Origin: Lepidodermella squamata
Taxonomy: Eukaryota; Animalia; Gastrotricha
NCBI GenBank assembly: GCA_047495785.1
Contig: JBLDXI010000042.1
Coordinates: 310,001 to 374,000, forward strand
Length of the DNA stretch: 64,000 nucleotides
Reading direction: 5' to 3'
Both the position numbers and the translations under genes were made by a program. The notes beneath the pieces were generated by a model that was not told the origin of the DNA, searched no databases, and saw only the letters and a list, made by a program, of their open reading frames with translations. This document shows positions 1 to 11,595 of this stretch, in pieces; position 1 is the stretch's first letter; every line of letters begins with the position of its first letter.

Positions 1-5
1 GTTCT

Positions 6-990
6 ATGGCTGACCCATCCGTTTTTATTTACCGCGTGGATGGTCTTTGCATTTTGACCGTGTTTGTGGATGATATTTTGGCTGCTTGTTCTTCTCAAGA
101 GGTTCTTGATAAGCTGAAATCCATGCTTACCGCGCATTTTTCCATTTCTGATCTTGGTCCGCTCTCTTTTTTACTTGGCGTGCATTTTACTCGCTCGAAA
201 GATTGCATTTACCTTAATCAACGCCAATATCTCCTCAAGATTCTGGAGCGTTTTGGTCTTGCGGATGCTAACCCTGTTTCTACTCCTTGCGATACTAACC
301 ATTTGTTACCGAGCGATGCTTACGCTCGTTCCGTCGACAAAAAGCTTTTCCAGCAGATGGTTGGAAGTTTGCTCTATGCGTCGACATCTACGCGGCCTGA
401 CATTGCGTATGCTCTTAGTAACGTTGCGCAATTTGCCGCGAATCCCAACACTCACCACAGGACTGCTCTCAAACGCATATTTCGGTACCTAAAAGGTACG
501 CTCGATTTTTCGCTGTGCTATTCCGCTACTCAGCCTGCACAACTCACTGGCTTCTGCGATGCGAGTTGGGGGGGTGAGGTTGATCGCCGTTCGACCACCG
601 GTTACGTCTTTACATTTAGCGGTGGTCCGGTCGCTTGGTGCTCCAAGAAACAGCGCTCTGTTGCCCTCTCATCTGCAGAAGCAGAGTACATAGCTTTTGC
701 ATCTGCGTGCCAAGAAGCCATGTGGTTGCGACAACTGTTTTTTGATTTTTCTCCACTCTCGTCGCCTACAATAATTCACACCGATAATCTGTCTGCTAAA
801 AGTATTGCAGAAAATCAAGTTGTAAGCGCTCGATCCAAGCATATTGACATTCGTTTACATTTTTGCCGCGATTTGATTGAGAAAAAGGTGATCAAGCCTG
901 AATGGATGAGCACTCAAGAAATGCCCGCTGATTTACTAACAAAAAGTTTGCCAAAAGCCCGATTTTCCACGCTCTCTTCACGTTTACTCG
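6..990 (+). mobile_element. Ty1/copia retrotransposon pol, RT C-terminal part and RNase H; enters from the left edge and lacks a 3' LTR
   Basis: Copia motifs VFVDDI, TRPDIAYA, LKRIFRYLKGT, GFCDASW..RRSTTGY, SKKQRSVALSSAEAEY, DNLSA, SKHIDIRLHF, ADLLTKSL. No PPT or TG..CA LTR is seen before receptor sequence resumes at ~1193. Confidence 0.95.
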
Positions 991-1192
991 AAAAATCTAT
1001 GAAAAGTTTTTTGATTTTTGCGTTTCTAACAAGTTTCATGTTCTTACCTGTTGCATCTCAGAACATGACGATGCAGTACATAACGAACACAATTAACACA
1101 ACTAATAGCGCTCCTAGAAGCGCCCATTTCGCTTTTCTCACACTATCCGACACAACGACTACACGTGGTAGAAGTTGCACAAGTTTACACAA

Positions 1193-2898
1193 GTTGCATC
1201 CTACTTCTACGAACTGGCCGTTAAAAATGGCGTAGAAGTTGTGCATTACGATGCTGCTTTCGATGTGAATGACGACTTGTTATCTGGATTGATACTCTCA
1301 GGCGCAAGGATTGTCGTTTATGAAATTTCCGATTCTACCAATGCAATGCTTTTTCTTTGCAAATGCTTCAGTTTCGGATTGACTGGACCTCGTTACGTGT
1401 TTGTCATGGCCGGAAACTCTTTTGGGGATCTCACTCTAAGACTCGATGTAATCGCTCCGGGATGTACCAAGGCAATTGTCTCGCAACAGTATAAATATAC
1501 AGTTTTCATGGATCAATCTGGTCAAGCTTTGGGGTCGAAAACACTGGTAAAACCAGTCTAGGGTATGACTCGAAGCAGTTTGACGAAATGCTTGATAAAG
1601 CCGTCCACGATGCGAGAAACATGTCCGGCTACAGCAGACGCTACATCTGCCATGATGCATACCTTCAAGCTATCCTAACGCTAGACGGGGCTGAAAGGAT
1701 CCTTAACTTGAACAACCTCACACTCAGTGATTACGAGAAATATCTTCAGATAGTCATGGACGCCGCGAATAAAAGTGCGGCTGCTATCAAGTCTGTCGGC
1801 TTTAGGCATGGCTTTATCGAGTATTCGAGTAGGCTGGAACAGGATTCAGAGCCTCAGTACATTTTCCAGTGGATACCTGAGGAAAATAGAGCACGGATCA
1901 ACTACGAAATCACTCTGCAGCCCAGCAAATCAAATTCGAGTGATATCTCTATTTCGATTCGCAATTTCGAACCTTTCGTCTGGTATACGGAGACTACGCA
2001 GCCCCCAGCTGATTGGCCGGGCGAGGAAATTGAGGTTATTTACGTCCCAGATGCTTTTCTCATTTTCGTTTGTGTCTTGCTCGGAATAGCGACCTTGACT
2101 CAAATGCTGGCTCTAATCTCAAAGTTGGATATCAATAGGGTTATTTTCACCCTGGCTTGTCTGTTACTGAACGCAGCTTCCATCCTGTTCGCACTGAATG
2201 TTCATTCAGCTGCAGCTTGTAACTTGAAATATATTTTCCTCGTCGTTGGAGCAACAATCGTCCATCTAGTTCTTTATCGTAAACTGGCAATTTTTGTTAC
2301 TTCAAAGCACCGAGCCACCATTTTAACCTACGATTTAAAAGCGATTGTCTTTCCTAAGTTCTCGTCAGATTCATCGAAACGTGTGAAAAAGAGGGGCTAC
2401 TCCCGTTTGCAATTACTGTTCGCTAATGTTGCGCCCGGTATTGTGCTGATTCTCAGTTTATCGATATTAGCCGCGTGGCTGGTTAAAACTTCTATGGAAT
2501 CACGTCTCAAAATTGTCTCAAGTGACTACATCGCGGAACGTGACATTTTACGCCATGTCTATGTCGAATTGTGTGGCGTTGAGGATTTGAAATTCATGAT
2601 GACGTTAGCGGCGGTCGACCTAATTCCTGCGAGCGCGGGTGTTCTCTTATCGATAGCTATTGCTAAAGTCGAAGAGCCGGAAATCAAGCGTTATCGCATG
2701 GCCTGCCTCATCAACTTGCCATTGCTCATCGCGACGATTTTCATTATTTTAGCATCAAATAATTATTATGTAACACAGCAAATCGTTGCTTCTGTCGCTT
2801 GTATGAATATTTCAGTTCTGACCAGTGTTTTCGTACTTTTGTCCGATAACGCCGTAGTTATGGTCCGCCGACTGATTGCATTTATAAAGTTACATTGA
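1193..2898 (+). pseudogene. Class C (GABA-B-like) GPCR paralog, 5'-truncated and frameshifted
   Basis: Aligns by eye to paralogs from VASYFY onward. 1-nt deletion near 1509 (ttcatggatc vs ttcatcggatc in paralogs). 7TM intact in ORF 1588-2898. Confidence 0.9.
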
Positions 2899-4860
2899 AC
2901 TGTTTTTTCAAAAGAAATCTTAGTGATTTGATTGCTAACGATACTGTTATTGTGTTTTGTTAGAAAAATGAAAAATCACAATAAACACTCCATCTAATGT
3001 CCTCTCCATCGCAGGCTTCATTCATATTGCTTCACAAATGTTGTACTAATTTTCAGCAAAGTGTGCACCTTAGGGAAATGTATAAAGTCGATGACGTAGC
3101 GAGGCTTCACTGAACCTTTTCACAAAATTCTGAAAAGTTAGAAAGGGGCTGTTAGAAAGGTTGACCAAAACCAGAAAATTGATATTGAATGATAAGATAT
3201 TGCAATCTCCTACGAAATTTGTTGTCATTAAACCCGTTTCAAATTCAATTCTGATTCACATTCAATTCAAGAGGGAAGATCCGTTTCAATCTCCCTCTTC
3301 CCCCATGCCCGAATTAGAAAGTCCCAGAATGAACGTCCTCGCACTCAAAATACACTTTCTAATGAGGGACACTTTCTAATGAGGTCCTATTTAGCTTAGT
3401 TAGCCGATGTCTCTTAATTCTAGGTGATCAATCACATGATCCCGACTTCGTTCGTGAGGGGAGGAGAGGGGGGGGGGGGGGGGGATGGCGTAATGTTTTG
3501 GAAAGCTGCCGAGTTAGCCCCTGCGCCATCGTAAAAATATGCAAGGACAAAAATTTGGCTCATGCCCATACGCCCATGTCCGGATAACCTGGAAACTGCG
3601 AAATTGTTGGTTAATTGGCCTTAGAGTATCCGCTTTCCCGCATATAAACGTCTTGAAGTGTGGGCGATGAAGGCGGAAATAACCTCAGCAGCGCAATTCC
3701 ACGTCAATTCGACTGACGACAAAATCCATGTTTTCAAAACGCTCGAAGTGATGTTTTGGATAGAGCATCAAAGTCAGACGTACCGAACTTTCATAATTTC
3801 CTTCCGAATGGGCATCTGCTGAAATTCCACTAAGTTTGACGGTGAAAAAACATGCAAACAAACGGGTGTGTAAAAACAGATTTTTTCTTTTTCCGAAGAC
3901 TTTATGACAACCTCTATCCGATGTTACACCACGCAGGTTGCGAACTTGGATCCCGGAGTGAGAGTGCAATAGGATAAAAAGAAGAAACTCGACTTACTCT
4001 TCGGTATGAATAAATTACGCTATGAATTATGCTTTGCTGCGGTTCGAGTGTCGAGTTAACCCTTCCTCGTCTCAATTTCAACTCATTTTGAACTTGAAAA
4101 CATGCTCAATATCCGGTATATTGTACATACTATTTCTGCGTCTCTTTCTATTTATAATTCGCTGAGTTTCCAAAAATACTTTGCTAATTTGACATCAACC
4201 GCACAAGCAAGAGGGGAATCTTGGTTCAATTCCCAGACGATACGTGATGTTTTCTCACAGTGAATTTCCGCCCGGTTGTTGTCAGTTTGTTGGTCTTTCC
4301 ATTTTTGTTAGCCTAGTCTGATCAAAGAAATTTCGAGGAAACATTCCATTTTACAAGCATCATATTATATCTAGGTTTCCCTACTGAAATACTATATACG
4401 GAAATATTTTGCCGGAATAAAATTCCTTACGCGATTGACGGCGGGTAGGTAGATGGTAGAAGGTACAAAGGGGGGACCCTTATGTCGATTTTTGTGATCC
4501 CTACAATCGAGATGGGCTACATTTCGCGAATAGGCTAGTTTTTGAAAATTTACCGTATTTTCTGCCTTCATGAAATTTCCTAATTTAAAACTCTTGAAAT
4601 TCACTTGAGCACAACTTTGGAACCTGGTGGACAAATATTTTTAGCCCGAAATTTATGTGACCCTTATTTACATGGGTTATTTTTTGGATTTCTTGCCAGG
4701 AACACTTACGGTAGAACCAATTCTTGCCAGAACCAATTACGGTACCCCCCCCCCCCCTCGTATACCCTGGTACTTCGCACCCTGACGATGTCAAGACGCG
4801 ATGTCATATGGTCTGAGTGAGCACTCTCTCATCTCTATGTATTCAATTATTCGAATGATG

Positions 4861-5180
4861 GCACTCAAAATGCTCTTGGAGGGACACTTCCTTGTTGCGT
4901 TGACCGTTGACCTGAAAGCTGCTGTCCCTTATTGGAATAGTTCCATCGGGGAAGGACGTCGCGTGATGACGGACGAAGTACGTTATAGTGTACGGTTTTT
5001 TGATAATCTGGCCAATTAGCATTTGCAAAATAATATAAAATTGCAAAGACATATTTTGGCAGGATTCTTATGCCCTGACGCGAAGTCCGACCCTCCAGGG
5101 TGAGACAGTTAATTAATTAGACTTCTCGGTTTTGAGTTACGCGCATACCTGAGCTATGCAAGAGTGCTAAATAAAAGAGC
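4861..5180 (+). promoter_or_regulatory. Conserved upstream block of receptor genes
   Basis: The same ordered motifs (gcactcaaaatgctctt, gctgctgtccctt, acgtcgcgtgat, ccaatta, ctccaggg, ttaattaattag, gctaaataaaagagc) recur before the copies at 44544 and 53956 and, more diverged, 57378. Confidence 0.75.
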
Positions 5181-5218
5181 AACGAAAACTTTGAATTTTA
5201 GCATTTTTTACTCGAAAA

Positions 5219-7489
5219 ATGGCCCTACCGTTTTATCTTGCCGTTCTCATCGCACATTCAGTCAATGGGCAAAACACTAAATTGGAGATGTTTTTCGGCA
5301 ACAGTGTAATCCAAGCTACCGATTCTGCTAGTGACATTTGCCTCCATATTCAAAAGCTTATGATCGACATAGTCAACAAACGGAGCGATATCTTGCCCGG
5401 CTACGAGTTGGTCGCCGTTAACCAAGACGAAGGACCAGGAAGTGTTCTGCTAACCCGTCGGGTCATAGAATTCTACAGAAATCCGCCCGCTAACAATTCA
5501 ATAAAATCGCCCGTTGTCTGCGCAGGAGGCTACACTGCTGGATGCAAATCGCTGGCACAAATTGCCCATCATTCGAATTTGGTTGCTATTGCCCCAGTTT
5601 GTTTATCTCCGACGTTCACCGCTAATCGGGGATTGTTTCCCAATTTCTACCGTATCCGTCCGTCAGGCGAGTCATTAGCCCTGCCTAGGCTCAATTTCAT
5701 CAAAAAGCTCGGTGGGTGGCTAAAAATTGCGATACTAGCGAATGCCGGTTCTACCATTGTCAATTTTCACGTTGCATCCCACTTCTATGATCTGGCAGTT
5801 AAAAATGGCGTGGAAGTTGTACATTACGATGCTACTTTCGAATTGACTGACGACTTGATATGGGGATTGAAGCATTCAGGTGCAAGGGTGATTGTCTATG
5901 AAATTTTTGATTCAACTGGTGCTATGCTGTTTCTCTGTAAATGCTTCAGTTTCGGCTTGACTGGGCCTCGGTACGTCTTCATAATGCCTGGTAACGCCTA
6001 TGAGGATCAAATACAAGGAAGTACAAGGCCCGACGTTATCGGTCCGGGTTGTACCAAGGCAATTGTACAGCAACAGCAGAAGTCAACAGTTTTCATTGGA
6101 TCGATATGGACAAGTTTTGGGGTGGAAAACACGGGTAAAACAAGTGTTGGTTTTGATGCGAAGCAGTTTGATCAGATGCTTGATAAGGCAGTTCCTGGTG
6201 CGAGGAACTTTTCCAACTACGGCAAGCGTTACCTCTGCCATGATCAGTACCTTCAAGCTATTCTAACGCTAGACGGGGCTGAGAAGATTCTGAAGACGAA
6301 TAATATGTCCCTCAAGGATTACAGTAGCCAGCCGGAGATTGTAATGAGAGCAACGAATGAAAGTGCGGCAGCCATCAAGTTTTTAGGTTTCAGAAGGGGA
6401 GCTATCGAGTATTCCAAAAGGTTGGAAATGGATTCAGAGCCTCTGTACATCGTCCAATGGATACCAGAGGAAAATAGGGCCCGGATCAACTACGAAATGA
6501 CTCTTTTGCCGAACAAAACAAACGTAAGCGATGTCTGGAGCTATATTGTTCGCAGCTTTGAACCTTACATTTGGTACACGGAGACTAAGCTGCCCCCAGC
6601 TGATTGGCCAGGCGAAGAAATCGACTTAATCCACGTCCCGGATGCTTTTCTGATATTTGCTTGCGTCTTCAGTGGGGTAGCAACCCTCGCCCAGCTGCTG
6701 GCTTTGATCTCGAATTGGGGCATTTATAAGATCGTTTTCACCCTGGCTTGCATGTTACTCAACGCAGCTTCAATCTTGTTCGCGCTGAATGTTCACACAA
6801 CGGTGGTTTGTAACGCTAAGTATATTTCCCTAGCTATCGGAGGAACCGTCGTTCATTTGGTTCTCTATCGCAAGTTGGCATCACACGTGACCACAAAGCG
6901 CCGAGCCACTATATTTTCCTATGATTTCAAATCAATGATTTTCCCTAGACCTCCGGCTACAACACCCCCAGTGATTAACAGAGGCTCTAAGCGGTTGCGA
7001 TTTCTGTTCGCCAATTTTGTACCAATCATTGTCCTTGTCACTAGTCTATCCTTATTAGCAGCATGGCTCGGCGAAAATCAAATGGAAACACGCATTAAGC
7101 TTGTCCAAAGCGAGTATTTGTTTGAACGTGACGTCTTGCGCCAAGTGTATATCGAGATATGCGAGGCTAGTGATGCCAGGGATTTGAAATTCATGGTGGC
7201 TTTAGCTGCGGTCGACCTAATTCCTGCAAGTGTGTCTGTTCTCCTAGCCATAGCCATTGCCAAGGTCGAATTGCCGGAGATCAAGCGTTATCGCATGGCC
7301 TCCCTCATCAACTTGCCCTTGGTCATCGGGGCGATTTTCATAATTATTGTGTCGACTAATTACTATGTAACCCAACAAATCGTTGCATCACTCACATGTT
7401 TGAATGTTTCAATTCTGACCAGTATTTTTGTACTTTTCTCCGATAAAGCTGTTGCGATCGTCCGCCGATTGGTTGCATATATAGTTTGA
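5219..7489 (+). CDS. Intronless class C GPCR, GABA-B-receptor-like (signal peptide + Venus flytrap + 7TM), 756 aa
   Basis: Signal peptide; DILPGYEL, FPNFYRIRPS, WLKIAIL, SGARVIV, LCKCFSFGLTGPRYVF and PPAD correspond to GABA-B VFT motifs; seven hydrophobic segments; no Cys-rich domain. Confidence 0.9.
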   Translation: MALPFYLAVLIAHSVNGQNTKLEMFFGNSVIQATDSASDICLHIQKLMIDIVNKRSDILPGYELVAVNQDEGPGSVLLTRRVIEFYRNPPANNSIKSPVVCAGGYTAGCKSLAQIAHHSNLVAIAPVCLSPTFTANRGLFPNFYRIRPSGESLALPRLNFIKKLGGWLKIAILANAGSTIVNFHVASHFYDLAVKNGVEVVHYDATFELTDDLIWGLKHSGARVIVYEIFDSTGAMLFLCKCFSFGLTGPRYVFIMPGNAYEDQIQGSTRPDVIGPGCTKAIVQQQQKSTVFIGSIWTSFGVENTGKTSVGFDAKQFDQMLDKAVPGARNFSNYGKRYLCHDQYLQAILTLDGAEKILKTNNMSLKDYSSQPEIVMRATNESAAAIKFLGFRRGAIEYSKRLEMDSEPLYIVQWIPEENRARINYEMTLLPNKTNVSDVWSYIVRSFEPYIWYTETKLPPADWPGEEIDLIHVPDAFLIFACVFSGVATLAQLLALISNWGIYKIVFTLACMLLNAASILFALNVHTTVVCNAKYISLAIGGTVVHLVLYRKLASHVTTKRRATIFSYDFKSMIFPRPPATTPPVINRGSKRLRFLFANFVPIIVLVTSLSLLAAWLGENQMETRIKLVQSEYLFERDVLRQVYIEICEASDARDLKFMVALAAVDLIPASVSVLLAIAIAKVELPEIKRYRMASLINLPLVIGAIFIIIVSTNYYVTQQIVASLTCLNVSILTSIFVLFSDKAVAIVRRLVAYIV

Positions 7490-7723
7490 AAAGGTCATTG
7501 AGATATTAATCGAAATAAATCTCGATTAATGGAGGCTACGATCTATATCGCTGCTCTTTCGTCAATGTTAAGCTTAGATTTTGAAGATGAGCCACCCGTA
7601 AACGTCCGGTTTAGACAACTTTCACTGTATTTGAGGTTTACGCGAAAATGAAGTGCGCTGGGTTTAGGCGTGATTTGTAGCTGATCTTACGCTTAAAACT
7701 AAATAGTGCCAGCGATCCGACTA

Positions 7724-7900
7724 CACTGAGACGCATTATACGCGCATCCTCACGATGCGCGTGTCTTCTTTGCCCTGATTCGCGTATCGCCCGCACGCAG
7801 ACGATATGCGTGTTTTACCGGTGAAATTACGCGCAACAAATGGATACGCGTATAATATCAACTGAAAGTGCGCCGCTCTCTCTGAAAGATATGCGTATAA
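7724..7900. repeat. Left TIR and ACGCGCAT-type subterminal repeats
   Basis: atacgcgcat, atgcgcgt, ttacgcgcaa, atacgcgtat and atgcgtat in both orientations. Confidence 0.8.
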
Positions 7901-8940
7901 AATAAGCTTGATTTCTTCCATATCACTTTGTTTACTTGTTGAAGGAAGCCGAAAGAAGTCGAGGCGGAATATAAAAATTCTGCTTTTATTCAGCTGAATT
8001 CCTTTTTCACAAGCTATAATAACCAGTTCTATTATAGCGGGACATAAGATAAATGAATGAGGCAATTAATTAAGAATATAACACGATTAGCTACAAGGTA
8101 CGATTCCAGCGACGAATTTCACAACGCTTCAATGTAAGTCATAATAAAGTGATAATTATCGTCGAATTTATAAAAGTCGAAGCAAGTATTTGATGTATGA
8201 TAATGAGCGGCGTTAATTTTTGTAATACAATTAATACAATAATAAAAATATTTTTAATTGAATTTAGGAGTAATATAAATCATACATACATAATAGCGCA
8301 TTGGCTCCATCAGCTGGCTTGGTATTAGCCGTTCTGCCCAGACACAGAAATGATATTTGACTAATTTTACGGAAACGAGAAGTTGAGAATAGAAGCAAAA
8401 CATATATACAGGCTACAGAGTTGTCGTTAGACTATATTTGTCCCTATTTGAGACAGAAAAATGTATTGAGGTACAAATTTAGGTAGGCCTATTTTCGACA
8501 ACGATTAAACATCGTCACAGGTGAACATTCTGCAGGCTCAGATATATACACTGCTATCTGTTATATTCTTTGAAGATTAAATATTACAGATGAAATATTA
8601 CAGCCACGTTATTATAATAGAAATGAAGCTCTACACGATAACCAAGAAACCGCCAAACTTTTTCCGGATAGGTTGTGGGTTGTGGGGCTCATAAACATAA
8701 GGAATGAAGGCATTCAAATTTTAAACTGAGAGACATTTTGATTTGAAAATTTGGAAAAAAATTATTTGGATAATATTTTTTATTCTATAGAGTGGAAAAA
8801 AATTACAAATTCAATGCAGATTTGGAATTCGAAATTGGAAATATTTGTTGCGAGAATTTTCATCAATCAAAACAATTTATCGAATCAATTTTGTGACGGA
8901 AAATTTAATTTTGGAAAATGAAATCAGAGCAAAAATTTAA

Positions 8941-10424
8941 TTATTTTTTCCTACTCATTGATCTTGTTGCGAATTTTGATTGCGAATTTTGGGCCGATTT
9001 TTTGCCGATTTTTTTGGGCTGATTATTTGAAATTTTGATAACTGTTTGACTCTCGAAGTCATTTTCTTTGTTTGAGCCATCGACAATCGGCTCGAGGGTT
9101 CGAAGAAGTTGGGCGGCTTCCTGGTTTCCGTTTTTAATTAAATTGGCTAAATATTTTTTGAAAACTATTTCAGGATCATCGGAATGCTGCATGCTTCTTC
9201 CCGGCGAGGCCTGAGATTTTTCGGCTGTTGTATCGGCAGTTGTAGATGGCAGTTGGACAGTTGGAGCAGCGGCTGCGAGAGAGATCGCATTTAAGCTGGC
9301 TTGATCGGCGACATGTGAGCCAACATTGGAGACACACGGCGAGTTTGCCTGAGAAGAGCTAGGCTGGGTGGCGAACGCCGATGATGCCGATGCGACTGCT
9401 GGAGGGCCGGCGAGAGCAGAGATCGATGAACTCGGTTGAGCCGCGACTGCCGATGGGCCAGCGTGAGAGGCGACAAACGAGCCGACATTTGAGGCAAACG
9501 TGAAGTTAGGCGTAGCAGGCGAAGAGCTGACGCTAGCGGCGATTGATTCATTGGTAAGACCAATAGAACCTCTGTTGAATTGAAGTTTAGCCGCAGTTTG
9601 ATCCAGATGGCTTTCGATTTCGCCAAAAACGTCGTCAACTGTCGTCGAAGACTGTTCGCCGGGCTGTTGTTCGGGCGGTAGGAGGGGTGTAGGTGGCAAG
9701 ACGGTTGAGATCGGCGGCAGCATGGCCCCCGGCGCGATCTGCGCCATCGTCGGGAACGGGTTCGGAATTTCGGCCTGAATTTCGGCACCCTCATTAGGAC
9801 CGGTTTCACTCCGTCCGAAGCCTTTCGAGCGGCGGTTTCGCAGGCAGGCAGCGACATTTTTTGACACTGCGCTCTAAAAATTAAATTATACATTAATAAT
9901 TTTTCAATAATTTTGGTGAAAATTTCCCGACACGCTGAATAAAAACGCAGCGCCTAATTTCAGCGAAAATTCTCGTGATTTTTCAATTGAAAGAATAAAT
10001 TTGTCGAAAATTGTCTTACCCAGGGCCGTTGCCTAGCATCGGTAATGTTGAGTATTATTCCCGGAATCGTTGGCCACGTAGTCACTAGCGAATCATAAAA
10101 ATTCTCGAAGGCAAGCTTCCGCTCGGCGACCGAGCCGTCCTTTTTATCGAGTTTGCTGTTAAGAAATGGGACTCAATTTAATCGCCACAAATTTTGTTAT
10201 AAAACTTACAACAAATAGTCAATGATAAACTTGTGGAACCGAAATTCCGCTTTTTCGCTGGTGTCGGTTCCGTCACGCCAGCCGGCAGCTAGAGGGTCCC
10301 ACTCGTGTGGCTGCGGTAATTTGGCCGGGTAGCTGCCCCAACTCGCCAGGCCGGGTGATGTAACAGGCTGTCGGCGCCTTTTTTCGATGGCTTTTAGAAC
10401 TTTGACGTTGGTGATGCCTAGCAT
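8941..10424 (-). CDS. Second (accessory, TnpA-like position) gene of the CMC element, 3 exons, ~427 aa
   Basis: Exons 10424-10210, 10155-10020 and 9873-8941 join in frame through canonical GT-AG introns. Helical N-terminal region (FYDSLVTTWP...WSAVSKNVAACLRNRR), long Ala/Ser/Pro low-complexity region, basic C-terminus. Confidence 0.7.
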
Positions 10425-10606
10425 TTTTCAGCAAAAATCTATTAAACGAAAAAGGAGAGCAAAGTTTTAAATGAATTGATCAAACTTCATCAACCTTCAA
10501 ATCAATCATCAATCCAAATTTATTAAATTAGCGATTTCAAAAAATCCGTAAAGCCTACGGCAGGCTATATTTTAGAACGGGAATGATACAAAAATATCAG
10601 TAAAAT

Positions 10607-11093
10607 TGTAACCACTGGGTTCTTTATCCAACAAGTCAACTCTAGAATTCACTCTACGCTTTATTATCAGCAATTATTACAACTTGACTCTAGCAATGCT
10701 ACTACCTGAACTACTAGCGGTGTCACAAAGCCAATGTTCACGGTGTTTATATAGTGCTGTACCAAGCTGTTGTCTTGTTAGCGCTGCCCATAAAAGGATA
10801 GATCGGATTACCATATACGGCTTGCTTTGATCCATCGATGTTACCAAATATGGTGAGCGGTATAATTAGCTGTCGGTATCGATAATGCGAGTTGTTACCG
10901 TGTAGATTAAGCGTAGTGCGAATGATTGACAGGTGTAGGTGCGTCGGTGCCGGTGCATTGCGTAATGCACGCACTCACAAGATATGGCTAAGTACATACA
11001 CACCAAGAGCGGTAATGTTATGTCATGCGTAACAAGGTGTAAGAGAGTGTATCAAAAATACTTAGCGCGCTGAGGTTATATTCAGCCGCTACA
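10607..11093 (-). repeat. 3' LTR
   Basis: Identical by eye to 20594-21080 except one substitution (a at 10646 vs t). TATA-like tatataaa and AATAAA on the minus strand. Confidence 0.97.
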
Positions 11094-11104
11094 GCTTTCC
11101 CCTT
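11094..11104 (-). other. Polypurine tract
   Basis: AAGGGGAAAGC on the minus strand immediately before the 3' LTR TG. Confidence 0.85.
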
Positions 11105-11595
11105 AGATGAAGCAATACTCCGCTATTGCCCAAGGTAAGGTAAGCTAAAACGTGTAGTCAATCAAACGGAATATCATGCCAGTACTTAGTATAACATAAC
11201 TCGCTTATCGTAACACACATTTCAAAGTACTTACAATACACATAAGGAGAATCATTGCGCTTTTCATCGAGGTACCGTTACTAACTTATTTCCCGGTACC
11301 ATACCATACGGAGGCGTTGTGCAGACTAGGCCCAAGTTATACCAAACCGATGATATGCGATCCATTGCGAACCGCCCGGAGGTCGAGCGTAGCTATAGTA
11401 GCGATTATCGGTCGTATGCCGTTGCCAAGTTTGTCAGATACCACCTGGTTGGACTAGATGCGAGCATTGAGAATGACGTTTCGCTCCTGCAAACTGAGGT
11501 ATCCAAACCGAGCCCTCATTGCCTCCGCATTCGACTTCAATACGATTTGCATTTCTGTTCGCTTACTTGCTTCCGCCTCTCATTTCGGTTCCAGA

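Noticed and set aside
3457-3484. Poly-G tract (G-quadruplex potential)
   Set aside because: Simple homopolymer, absent from the paralogous block at ~52340.
5219-7489. Naming the receptors GABBR1/GABBR2
   Set aside because: Ligand residues, TM7 motif and C-terminal coiled coil are absent; orthology is unsupported.
10747-10974. Identical 75-aa ORFs at 10747-10974 and 20734-20961
   Set aside because: They are identical only because they lie within the LTRs; non-ATG start and no motif.
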